DNA of 64,000 bases, from positions 127,758-191,757 of the forward strand of contig NW_008246107.1 of the NCBI RefSeq assembly GCF_000281045.1, given 5' to 3'. The notes below the pieces were generated by a model. That model had not been told where the DNA came from. It made no database searches and saw only the letters and a program-made list of their open reading frames with translations. This DNA comes from Saprolegnia diclina VS20 (lineage: Eukaryota). How positions within the stretch are numbered: the first letter of the stretch is position 1; the number at the start of each line of letters is the position of its first letter. Made by a program: the position numbers and the translations under genes. This document shows positions 36,201 to 47,730 of the stretch, piece by piece.

Positions 36201-36964
36201 GTCCGTAACGCTCGACGACTGGGCGCCAGTCGTCGACGACGACGCGACCGACGTCGCCGTTGCACTCGCCATGCCCACCTGGTCGACGGACGACTTTGCA
36301 TCGCATGCGATTCCATGGGACGGCGAGATTGTCACGTACGCTGTCGACGCGTTGAGGTACCCTAACCACTAGTGCATCCTCTAGGCTAGCGACGGCGCCT
36401 CGCTACATCGCCGGCCTCCTCGACTCGCTGCTCACTCCGTACAAGCCGTACGTTGAAGCGATGCAGCGCGGACTCGTGAGCATCGTCCCGCCCACCTGCC
36501 TCGGCCTCTTCTCGGCCGCGACGCTCGCAGCCCACCTCTGTCCGGCCGCCAAGCTCCTCGCCTTGCAGGTCTCGTCGCTGTTGATGCTCGTGAAGCACCA
36601 TGCGAGCCTTGCGTAGGCCCGGACCCAGTACGCGGGAGGGTTGCGCCGGACGTCGGCGGTCGCTGCCTTCTTCTGGCGCATCTTGCATGCGCTGTCGCTG
36701 GACGAGATGCACCTTCTCGAGCGGTTCCTTGTTGGGCCGCACTGGAGCCCGTACGGGACGCTGCAGTTGACGCTGTCGCCCGGCGACGTCCACGGCGGCG
36801 GGTATCCTAGCGTCGAGCGGTCGGCCACCGATGCGTGCGTGCTCGTGCTGCCGCTGTACCCGACGCAAGACATGCTGCACAAGAAGCTGCTCCTGGCCAT
36901 GACGCAGTCGCCCGACCAGTACGACGACGACGAGAATGACGACGCAGCGAGCGAGGACACGTAG
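24236..36964 (+). CDS. Large multi-exon HERC-like protein: RCC1 repeats, LamG-like, two SPRY, UBA, FN3-like and divergent HECT domains
   Basis: RCC1 repeats (SFGKGDHGKLGHG, WGNGGNGRLGLG; ~25150-26610); LamG-like (WTHL...LEVFLNG; ~29910-30380); SPRY (WFYEV...GDVVGVLLD, ~31690-32240; second copy ~34090-34620); UBA (LIGLGFSPEWC); HECT-like (LGQLVGIAWR...WKLL, FFWRIL, LPLYPTQDMLHKKLLLAM). More than 20 short GT-AG introns; exon bounds not individually resolved. Confidence 0.8.
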
Positions 36965-36993
36965 CGATGCGAAGGAGGCATCTTAAATTGACG

Positions 36994-37890
36994 TTACATG
37001 AAGTCGCACTTGCCGCAGCACAGCGACACTTTGTCGTCTTTGGCTTTGGGTGGCAGCATCGGATGGACGTTGTTGGTCGTCGGCGTCGTGATCGACCGGA
37101 GCGACGTCTGCTTCTTGGTCGCCGCCGGCGGGATCGGCTGCACGATGACCGGTATTGTCTTGCGCACACTCGAGCCCACGAGCTCCTGCGCCGACGCTTC
37201 GTCGCGGTCCATGACGTACCGGGCGCTCGGGCCGAGGCTCAACCGGTCCTCCAAAAACGCCGGGCGACTGTTGGGCCCGAGGCTCCGGCCGTCGTCGTTG
37301 TACGCGCTCGAGACCTCGCTCGATGTGTCGTTGTAGACCTCTTCGTGGTGGCTGAACGTGTCCGAGATGGCGCCATCGGGCTTGATCTGCCGCGCTTTCA
37401 AGCCCTGTCCCGTATGCCCATCAGCTCCGTGCCATGCATGCAGAAGGAACGTACCGTGACCCACTTTGTCGCTTCTTGCTGGTCGGCGGCCTATTGCATG
37501 CATAGGTGTGAGCCATGCCAATACGTTGCTGGACAGTGCGTACACGAAGGAAGTAGTCTTGGTCGCCAATCTTGAGCGAAAAGTCGGCGGTCGTGACGTC
37601 CGACGACGCGTAGCCTTCCGGGACGCCCATCTGAATGTTGCCGCTTCGCCAAAGATCAATGCACGCGAGCAACTTCTCGCTCTCGGCGTTCTATGCCAAG
37701 CTTGGTCGCATGCCAGGGCCATGGTCGCCGTACCTTGTAGTACGTCAGGTAGTGGCTCGTGGCCTCGAACCAGCGCTTCTGGAAGCGGCCTTGCCGACTC
37801 TTCTTGAGGAGGTAGCCTACATGGCCATTCCGCGCATGAGGCCAAGCGCTGGCATGGCGAGGTACCCTTGAGCTCGGGCAGCGCGGCCAT
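36994..37890 (-). CDS. PH-domain protein with C-terminal CaaX-like motif (multi-exon)
   Basis: Spliced N-terminus MAALPELKGYLLKKSRQGRFQKRWFEATSHYLTYYK is a classic PH start; ends ...LCCGKCDFM-stop. Confidence 0.8.
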   Translation of the reverse strand: MAALPELKGTSPCQRLASCAEWPCRLPPQEESARPLPEALVRGHEPLPDVLQGTATMALACDQAWHRTPRARSCSRALIFGEAATFRWASRKATRRRTSRPPTFRSRLATKTTSFVYALSSNVLAWLTPMHAIGRRPARSDKVGHGTFLLHAWHGADGHTGQGLKARQIKPDGAISDTFSHHEEVYNDTSSEVSSAYNDDGRSLGPNSRPAFLEDRLSLGPSARYVMDRDEASAQELVGSSVRKTIPVIVQPIPPAATKKQTSLRSITTPTTNNVHPMLPPKAKDDKVSLCCGKCDFM

Positions 37891-38636
37891 CTCGTCGGCT
37901 CTGGGTCGTGGATCGCGAGAAGGAAGAGTGACGACGGTACCAGTTGCCCAGTGGCACCGGCCGAAACTATCTCTTGTTGTTTGTATGGCATACAAACACC
38001 AAGCCACAACCCGAAACAGTATTTTTATTCAACTTCCTACAAAACGCAAGTGTACATAGAACCCAATGAAATTAATATGCGAAAGGCCAAAGATCGGACC
38101 AAGCCATACAAAAAACAAGTATACTGCGTGGCATGTCATTCTATTTCGACCACATACATCCCCACAACGGGCGACGAAAAGCCGGTGCACCGCCGTTTCA
38201 CGAGCCGAGTCGTCGTCGTCGTCAGCGAGATCGACTAACTAAAGATGGCAGGCGCACCGAAGGCGACCATTGTACAACCGTAAGCACCGGCGCCACCGCT
38301 GGGCTTGCCCGCGCTGTACTGTGCGTGGCCCGACTGCGTGGCGCGCCGCCGGCGTAAAGACCCCACGCCACCTGGCCGCCACCTGCACGCGACCTGCCGG
38401 CGACGTCGCAGGCCATGCTGCTTCTGCCGCCATCTCGACTCTTCGAAGCGCGATCCGAGATCCTGGCGCCACCGATCCATTCCAAGCCAGCATCGCATGC
38501 GTCCAGCAGTGGCAAGACTGAGTAGCCAACTGGAATCGGTGACGACGACCCGATGCAGTGTTGCACCCATGCTGGCCCCATGCTTCTGACGCCCAGATCG
38601 ACACAAACTTGATTACACTGCAGAGCTTAGCTACGT

Positions 38637-39293
38637 CTATGGGCTGGGCGTGGCCTGCTTGTGCGCGGCCATGATCTCCTTCATGGGCACCTCACCACGG
38701 ACGACGCGGTGCATGAAGCTACCGGGCGTCGTCGATGCTACACAGCGTGCGACGAGGTCATCGTACGCTGCAGCCGAGAGTTCCTTCTTCGCTGCGCTCA
38801 AGAGCGTGGCCGTCGCGGGTGCGTGGCCGGCGTCGCACGCGACCTCGACCGGTGTCTTGCCCGACACCGCATCCGCCGTCCAGAGAACAAGTGGCTCCGA
38901 CTTGATAAAGTAGCGGAGCCGCGCCATGTTGCCTTGGGCCGCGGCCGCGACCGGCGACAAGGTCTCGTTGTGGGCCTTCTTGGCGCGGTCGGCAATCACT
39001 GCTTCGATCGTTGTCTTGCCTTCGAGAAAGAGACGGACGTCTTCATTGAGACAGCTGAGGATGCACCACGCGCGCTGCTCTTCGGGCATGACGACGTTGC
39101 GGCGGGCGTAGAGGGTAGTGAGGTACGCGAGCACCTCGGGCTGGTTGAAGGTGCAGCCATAGTAGAAGGGCGACTTGAGCTGGTCGTCCTGCGCGTCAAA
39201 GGCATGGCCGTCGACCTCAATCAGTCGCGTGAGCTCATCGAGGCGGCCCATCTTGGCGGCGAACCACACGTTCTCCTCGTAGCTGGTCGCCAT
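38637..39293 (-). CDS. Small ankyrin-repeat protein (218 aa)
   Basis: WFAAKMGRLDELTRLI, SPFYYGC, AAAAQGNMARLRYFI and GKTPVEVACDAGH ankyrin motifs; CCAAT elements upstream (~39353, ~39395). Confidence 0.82.
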   Translation of the reverse strand: MATSYEENVWFAAKMGRLDELTRLIEVDGHAFDAQDDQLKSPFYYGCTFNQPEVLAYLTTLYARRNVVMPEEQRAWCILSCLNEDVRLFLEGKTTIEAVIADRAKKAHNETLSPVAAAAQGNMARLRYFIKSEPLVLWTADAVSGKTPVEVACDAGHAPATATLLSAAKKELSAAAYDDLVARCVASTTPGSFMHRVVRGEVPMKEIMAAHKQATPSP

Positions 39294-40499
39294 CCTGCGC
39301 GTCGCTGGCGGTGTCGAAAATGGCCAACATCATCCACTGGCCTTTCTTTTCAACCAATCCGAGGCCGAGGCAACTTGGATTCGCCAAAAATACGCCAATC
39401 ACATACGACTCTGCCACGAGGCAAGATCGCAGCAGCGTCGATCCACCATCATTGGCGCCCATCTTCGAGTATCCCTGGTGCTGCAGAGAAGTAAGAAGGT
39501 CTAACGCCATGCGCGTCAGGAGTCTATGCATCGTCTTCGGTGCGTCAGCGCGAGGTGGCATCGCCGTAAACATCAGAAAGCACCACGTACGATCATCGCA
39601 CATCTGCAGCTTTGCCTGGTAGAGCCAACCACCATCATCAAGGCTCATAGATGGCTCTACATGTATAAACGTCGCCACGATATGTGGTAGACTGAGCTAG
39701 TTTGAGCAACGGAGCCACGGTACATCCATACTAGGGCCAGCTACATACATGTACGAAGGTGACGCCATTACCGGAAGAGAAGATCCTTCGACTACACTTT
39801 ACGACAAGCGGGTTCCGACCACGGATTTGTGTGCGTTGTTGCTGTCTCGGGCACCATCATAGACGCGGCTACTCCTTTGACGCGATTGGAACAGAGTGCA
39901 GCGGCAGAGAATGATCGGGTGCGTATCTTCTGACGACGTCGTCGGTTCAAGCCGACAGCTTGTACCTCTAGCGAGCCTGCGACCGAGTAAGGGCTCGTCA
40001 AGCCTGTATATACGCTGTCGGTGCAGCCAGCCAGGTCGGATTAGCGCTGGTCGAGCAGCCAGCGGCCGCCCGCATCCGGATGCGCGACCATTCTGAGGCA
40101 ATTTAAGCCAAAACGATTGGTGCCCGCGCCAAGACGGGATATGACCGGTTAAGAACACGCAACTTTTACGGTGGGTAATCACATTACACTTGATATTTGT
40201 ATTGATAGCCAAACCAACGCACTATCGCCTTGCGCAAGAATTGGCATGTATGTAGCCTCCTAGCTCCACAAACCAATCTCTAATAGACCTATACACTATC
40301 TTTTGTTGCTTGCATGACGATAGTGCCGGGCGAGGGCGTCCTTGGCGCTGTGTAGTGGCGTCTATGTAGCCTCTGGGAACGTGCGGCTACTCGCCTGGGA
40401 TTGGTGTAAATCATTGCGTCTGCGCGTTCTGATTGGCCCGACGTGTCGGATTTCGACCTCTCGCAATGAGCACTTTCCGTTTCCCCTCGTTCCAGGACC

Positions 40500-43400
40500 A
40501 TGAGCAAGGATGGCGGTGGCATGCATGATGTGAACTGGCACAAGATCTTCCCCAAGCGCATTCCAGTGATCTTGCGCGACCTCGCGCCGACGAACGCCTT
40601 CAACCCGACGGCGCTCTGGCCCATTGAGGAGCCGGCCGATGCGGCGGCGGCGCCCGCGACGCCGGCCAAGGACGCCAAGAAGGAGGCGAAGAAGGACAAG
40701 AAGGCGCCGGTCGTCAAGAAGGCGGACCTCATCCGCATGCAGATCGCCAAGGACCTCGAGGAGAAGAAGGCCAAGCAGGACGAAGAGAAGCTCGGTAACG
40801 CCAAGTCGGTCAACCTCATGACGATGAAGATGGCGACGCCGGCCGGCCGCCTCAAGCAGCTCTACGAGATCAAGAAGAAGTTCCTCTCGGAGAAGAACTA
40901 CATTGACGCGATCGACACGCTCTGGGAGATCCAGCACATGGGCCGCATCAGCAACGACGAGGACCTCGCGGTCCACAAGAAGTACAAGAAGTACGCCAAG
41001 AAGGCCATGGACCACCTCAAGGACACGCCGCTCATTCCGTTCCAGCTCACGGAGATGAGCGACCGCCTCCCGCCCCTCAACTTGCACCACATGAACAAGT
41101 TCATCCTCGACGCGTGGCAGAAGGAAGTGTTGACGCACATTGACATGAAGCACTCGGTCATCGTCTGCGCGCCCACGAGTAGCGGCAAGACGGTACGCCT
41201 TGTCTCTATCATCCATGGATTGCATCTCATGTGCATTGGCCCAGGTGCTCTCGTCGTACGTGACGGTCGTCGGTGGCAAGGTGCTCTTCATTGCGCCCAC
41301 CGAACCGCTCGCGTGGCAGGTCGCCGCCCTCTTCCAGTCGCTCGTCAAGGGCGCGGTCGGCGTCATCACGAACGGCACGGTGTTCTTGCCCGAAGGCTTC
41401 CGCGTCGCGGTCGGGACGCCGGCGGCGGTCGAAACCGCGCTCCTCAACATTGGCTACGACTTTGACTACTGCGTCTTTGATGAAGTCCACGATCTCAACG
41501 GCCCGGAAGGCGATGCGCTCGAGCGCATTGTCAAGGGCATTACCTGCCCGTTCCTGGCGCTCTCGGCGACGATCGGCAACGCGTCGGTGCTCGCCGAGTG
41601 GTGGAAGCGCCACCACCCGCACCCGATCCACTTGCTCGAGTACCGCGGCCGCTTCATCAACCTCCAGCGCCTCGTGCTCGAAGGCAAGAACGTCGTGCCA
41701 CTGCACCCGTGCGCGGCCGTGACGCTCGACTACCTCAAGGAGAAGGGCTTTGACGCTGGCGACTTGGCATTTACGCCCCGCGATACGTACGCGCTCTACA
41801 GAGAGATGCGCAAGGCGTACCCGAAGGAAGCGATTGCCGATCTCAAGCCCGAGAAGTACTTTGCCGACACGATGGTGACCAAGGCGGCGTCGTCCAAGGA
41901 CTCGAAGAAGAAGGAGTCGAAGAAGAAGGACGACAAGAAGGACGCCAAGAAGAAGTCGAAGAAGGGCGACGACGACGACGACGACGACGGCGATGACTTT
42001 CTCAACCCGATGTGCCACCGCATCACGCTGCTCGAGTCCAAGCAGTACGAAGAAGAGGTCAAGAGCCGCCTCCAAAAGCTCGCGGTCGAGTACCCGGCCG
42101 AGACGCAGCAGGTGCTCGACAAGCTCAGCTACACGCCGCCGGCGCACCTCGAGAACACGGAGATGGACATTACGTCGCTCATCTTCGACTTGTGCGCCAA
42201 GCAGCTCATCCCGGCCATTTGCTTCCAGCTCGACAGCGTGCGCTGCCGCCAGCTCTTTGACAAGCTCCTCGCCGGTGTCGAGGCCGCGCAGGACGCCAAG
42301 TACCCGGGCTACCGCGCCAAGGTCGAGGCCGAGTACGAAGAGTGGGAAAAGTCCCAGCTCATCGCCAAGAAGGCCCAGGCCAAGTCCAAGGCGCTCCAGG
42401 AGGACCAGGCCCGGTACGTCTTTTCGCTGCATTTTTGCGCATTTTCGCGCGTTTTCCTGCAAAATGCGCCATTTTTCCGGACCAATGACTTGGCCATTGG
42501 GGCTCATTACTGTGTTTTGTAGCGAAGCGCAAGAGTTCCAAGAGACCAACGCGCCCGACATTCACGCGCCGCACCCGGACTTTGTGCTGACGCCGCCCGG
42601 CCACCGCCTCTCGGCCGCCGAATTCCGCGAGATCAAGTGGCAGCTCCGCCGCGAGCTGTCGGAGGACTCGGACGACGGGCACCCGCTCGTGCGGTCGCTG
42701 CGCCGCGGCATTGGTATCTACAACGAGAACCTCCCGGCGGCCTACCTGCGCATCGTGCAGTCGCTCGCGCAGGCCGGTCGCCTCGCGGTCGTCTTCTCGG
42801 ACGACTCGCTCGCGTACGGTGTCAACATGCCGTTCCGCACGTGCTGCTTTTGCGAAGACGACCCGGAGCTGAGCTCGCTGATGGCGCAGCAGATGGCTGG
42901 TCGTGCCGGTCGTCGTGGGCTCGATCGCCAGGGTAACATTGTGTTTGCGGGTCTTGCCTGGCCGCGCATGCAGCAGCTCATGCGCGGTCTTTTGCCCAAC
43001 GTGGTCGGCAACCCGTACAGCTTGTACCCGACCATGTACCTCCAGAAGGCGCTCTCGGAGTTTATGACGGACGACGTCCTCACGCGCATGTCGACGCATG
43101 CGCTGCCCGAGTTCATCCAGGGCAAGCCCGAAGACAACTACCTCGCCAAGTCGATGCAGTACATGCACGTGCTCGGCCTCGTGTCGCCCACCGGTACGCC
43201 ATTGCGACTGTGACTATAGACCATTTGGAGGCTGATTTGGATGACGGTGGCTAGGTCAACTGCTCGTCGACTCGTCGATTGCCCGGCTCATGTGGGAGTG
43301 CCGACACGACTGCGCCGAGGCCATGGGCATCTACACGCTGCTCGAGGTCATGCTGACCGAGTTTGGCCGCGTGCCCGGCGACAACATTGGCCACCAAATG

Positions 43401-43820
43401 GCGCTCTTCAACATGCTGCTGCGCGTGATTGGCCGTGAGCCGTACCACCCCGAGTACGCGCACGGCGGTGTCCTCGAGTGCCTTGCCGGCCAAGAGGATG
43501 TGTGGGCCAAGGTGACGACGCTCCTGTCGCAGCTGGATGCCAAGGTGACGGCGTCGGGCTGCGAGCTTTTGCGGCTTCCGGTCGCACTCGATGCGCCGCT
43601 CGACGGCTACGTCTGGCGCACGGTCGTCGACAACGTGATTCCGCCGGGGCTCCAGACCGCGCAGCTCAACGCGATCAAGAAGCGCATGTGGCACGTCGGC
43701 GACAAGCTCCGGCTCATGCACAACTTGCTCATGTACAGTGGTCGGTACGGCGTCCTCGAGGAAATCGTCCGCAAGTGCTTTCGCCGCATCAAGTGGATCC
43801 TCATCGACTCGGAAGTCTAA
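40500..43820 (+). CDS. DDX60/Ski2-like DExH-box RNA helicase (3 introns)
   Basis: Motifs APTSSGKT, DEVH, LSAT, LAYGVNMP and QMAGRAGRRG; introns 41193-41244, 42414-42522 and ~43193-43254; TGATTGG CCAAT box at ~40430. Confidence 0.9.
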
Positions 43821-44226
43821 GAACTGGCGACGACGACGATTAGGGTTATCGAAATATACGTTGCATTTACGAAAATGGCATTTTGTTATGGCCAAGGACC
43901 AGGTGGAAGCGGCAGACGCCGTTAGTGGCGTACACACAGTAAGCGCAGCCGCCGTAGCATCAGATCCTCCAGGAAGGACATATATACGTCGAGAGCGGGC
44001 GCCGTGGAGATCGTAGCTGAAGGTGCAAAGCATAAATGACGGATCTGCACATTTGGCGGCGCCAAGAGCCATCGGGACAACCGATTCAGTCGCGGAATCT
44101 GGAACTGACCACAGTCGTGGGAGTCTGGTCGTTGGTGCTCTATCGATCGATGCATCTGGTCTGCGCACAACTCGTCAAAGACACAATTAGGCGTTATCAA
44201 GCAAAGACTAGAAAGTACGCAGCTGG

Positions 44227-46588
44227 CTACGCAGCGCGCGGCGTAACGACGTCGAACTGGACCCACGCCTCGTTCGGGAGGCGCTTGATCGCCGCTTCGC
44301 ACTCGCCGAGATCGTGGAAGAGCCACAGCGTGACGCGGCCGGCGCGGTGCTCGCACGTCCCGAGGGCAGCAACGATTGCGAGCACGCCTTTGGACGAGAT
44401 CGGGTTTTTGTCGAGCCGGATAGACTTCATGTGGCTCGACACGACTGAGTGCGATCGCACCGTCGTCGTCGATGTCGTTGCTCGACAAATCAAGCACTTT
44501 GAGACGCTGTAAAACGCTGCTCAGCGCTCGGCGCCGACCGATCCGATGCGGTTCTCGCGAAGATTGAGCTCCCTCAGCGACGGGCACAAGGGCACTACCA
44601 CCGCAAGGCATTTGGCGCCACCGTCGCCGAGTTCTTGCGCGTTGAAGCGGATGCACTCGAGGTGTTGGCAGTGCGGCAGCACGGCCGCCAAAGCCAACAC
44701 GGCGTTGTCATCGAGGCCGTTCGCCGTGAATTCTGCCGACGTGAGGCGTGGCATCAGCGTCGAGAAGGCCAGCGCGCACACCGGTGAGAGCTTGAGATGA
44801 GAAAGATGACAAGACCGAAGCGAGCGCAGACGGCCGAGAGCTTGGATCAATTCAAGCGTCTTGTCGAAGTACGCGTCGGGCGACTCGGTGGCGCCATAGC
44901 GAAGAGAGATGTGTCGGAGGCGCGAATTCGTGATGACCGATGCGATGGCCGGCAAGTCGTCGCGCGAGAAACCGTCAAGCTCGACCGAGACGAGTTGCGG
45001 TGGGAGCGCTTGGACGTCCTTGAAAAAGCGCAGCGCCAGCGACCCGTAACTGATATCGATCTCTCTCAGCGTGGCGGACGCTGCAATCGCCTTGCTCAGT
45101 GTCGTGGCGAGCGCATTGGTCGTAACAATGGACAAGAGGACGAGCGTCTTGAGCGAGCCCGTGCCCAGCCATGCGACCATGGTCGTCACCATGGCCTCGG
45201 ACCACTCGGCACGGACAAAGCAGACCAAAGTGAGAGGGGTCGACGCGAGCACTTGGACGACGGAAAGCAAGTCGAACGTCGTGTACCGGCTATTCGAGAT
45301 GAACTGGACCTCGCGCAGCGCAGGAAGCGCTCGAAGCGCTGCCGCCATGCCGTCTTGCGGCTCGAAGCGCTGCCGCCATGCCGTCTTGCGACTCGAGCGG
45401 CCAAGCGCGGGCGTCTTCGATGTGAATCTCCATGCTGAAGAGACGCGCTGACCACGTCGCGACGATGTATTGCAGGGCTGCCATGGATGGCACGGGGTGG
45501 ACCGGCGGCGGCGGCGCGTTGTAGTCGTCGATGGAAACCATCGGGTACATGGCTGATGCGCCGTCGATCCAGCCAAGAATCTCCGGGTCAGAGATAATGC
45601 CGCGCGGTAGCTCCAGAGTGGGCCAGAGGGGGACGCCTGCGAGACGTCGGGCGTCCTTGGCGCGAAAGAGCTGGCGCAGCACAGCCATCGGCTCCGAGAG
45701 CCACTCGGTTGGCAGCGCCTCGAGAAAGTTGAGCATCTCTTCGCTCGTCCTGATAAACACCGTGATGTGCTGGAAAATGCAGCGCCGCGGACCGGCAGAG
45801 GGGTTGACGCGCTGGCGCTGGTGGTCGCGACCGTCGTCGTCCTCGTTATCGTGACGTTGGGGCTCAATTCCGCTTGGCACTATAGGAGCCACAGGAACAG
45901 CGTTGTCGCGTGGTGTGAGGTCGATGTTAATGTCTGATGCATCCTCAAGATCAACACTGTCGTTGACATCTTGAGCGTCGTCGTAGTCGAGACCGTCGTG
46001 AGCGTCGTCAACAAGAGGCGCACCGACCGCATTGCCACCGGCGACAGCAGCAGGACCACTCGGTACTGGGTGGCGGGTGTCCCACGCACGAAGAGAGTCG
46101 GCAGCCCACTGCACGAGTTGCGCTTCATATGTGGCTTGGTCCATGTCGTCGGGCTTCGCAGGCCGCGTCGAGGCGACATTGCGCAGGGCATTTCGACGTT
46201 TCTCCAGTTGATGCTTGGTAGCGGCCTCGGCTTCGATGGTGACGTCGCGGTCTGCGACGACGTGAACAAGCACCACTGGCTGGTGACACTCGCCGAGACG
46301 TTGAGTAACAGCCCGTTCTTCGGCATCAACGTGCTGGCCGTGCGCACCGTACTCGCGCCATGTGTAGGCGACCGCGTCGATGTAATCGCCGACCTTGATG
46401 CAAGCAGCGATGGCTGCGGGGCCCACGTGAACGACCGGATACCCCTGCTTCGGCGTCAAATGGGCGCCAAGCGTCAAGTCAAAGGCGTACGGCAGCGCTT
46501 CAGAGGCTCCCACCGGCCGCGGGGCCGCGTAGAGGAAGCGCCACGACTTGAACTTCTTGTGCAGAGCCCCCTTCTTCCTCGGTGGCAT
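44227..46588 (-). pseudogene. RNI-like leucine-rich-repeat gene with multiple frameshifts
   Basis: LRRs (LRELNLRENRIGSVGA, LKVLDLSSNDIDDDGAIAL, IRLDKNPISSKG) are spread over several frames; breaks at ~45360 (31-bp duplication), ~44525 and ~44445. Confidence 0.75.
45329..45390. repeat. Perfect 31-bp tandem duplication
   Basis: GCTCGAAGCGCTGCCGCCATGCCGTCTTGCG x2. Confidence 0.95.
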
Positions 46589-46592
46589 CGTG

Positions 46593-46610
46593 GCAAATTG
46601 CAGAGTGAGC
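46593..46610 (-). promoter_or_regulatory. Oomycete Inr/FPR element
   Basis: GCTCACTCTGCAATTTGC, nearly identical to the GCTCATTYYNCAWTTT consensus, just upstream of ATG 46588. Confidence 0.75.
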
Positions 46611-47730
46611 GGTGGCAACCACCTTGTTAACAAAAAGAAGAAGGCGAAACGAGCTAGACGGTCGTCTCGGGTGTTGTACAGTGTACAGGAGCGTTAGTAC
46701 TGGAGGTTTGTATTCGGCGCCTGCACTTGCATATGCGCGTGCCACGTCATCTCCTGCAAAAAGACGGCCGCTGCCACGACTGTCAGTGCAGGGGACTGCC
46801 TCCACAGTCGCGTCGATAATTTACTCTGGTTTGGGTAAATATCAGAAACGGAAACACAAATTTTCTTATCCAACGACGTACAGCACTAAGGACGACCATG
46901 AAGGGGACGCGACAGCAGCGTCCCGCGATGGCATCGCCACGGTCTCGATCGTTACGAGGTCAAAGACCAGCGACGACCGGCCGTGATCGGCGCCGACGAG
47001 ATGCCCGTGCGAGATACGCCCGGAAGTTGACGTCCGTGAAGTCGACCTGCAGCAGGTAGCTCCCATTCACCTTCCCTCTTCCCAGGGCTTCCTCGTATCG
47101 GGACTGCAAGCTCGTCGTCATGCAAATCCGGCGTGAAAAACGCGTGCAACCGCATCGGCTATTTGGGTAATATCAAGTTGGCAAGTTGAACGCGGTTGGG
47201 GTATGCATTTTGAGAGGTTTCGGAATGTAGGTCAAGTCGCGTTTCCCGCCATTATGGCTTGTGGCTTGGAGCGGGAAAGCCACGAGCCGTGCAAACACCG
47301 AGCACATGCATGCTATATGGCGCCCCGGGGTACACAAATCTTGCGATTCGAGGCGAGAGGGCGAGCTGTCGCGGCCTGTCACGTGCAGCAGCTGGTGCCA
47401 ACGATCGACCACTTGAAGTTGATGCGTTGCCCTACGCATGTCCCTGTGCACTTTAACCTACGCGTCGAACATTGGACGCACCAAGCCTTTTCGTGTACGA
47501 GAGCAAAAGCCACGATACAAAGTCCTTGCTGCCACCTAGTGCATGTAAGCTTATACACACTGGACTCGCGCTCACACGCAGAGCGATAAACGAGCACGAC
47601 TTGGCGGCAGCACGTTTAACGCGTTTTGCGTTTAACCATGTATGACGTATTAGTTGGACCCGTTTTCTTTGGAATTTCCACCAATGAGCACTCGGGCGCC
47701 GCAAGATTCCGATATTTCCGTTTCAAGGCC

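Noticed and set aside
24600..36400. Many stops and frame changes suggesting a pseudogene or operon
   Set aside because: Explained by short GT-AG introns in one large gene.
38133..38606. GC-rich short ORFs between the PH and ankyrin genes
   Set aside because: No consistent frame or motif; at most a decayed fragment.
39400..40300. Short ORFs upstream of the helicase
   Set aside because: No codon bias or motifs; likely divergent promoter or intergenic DNA.
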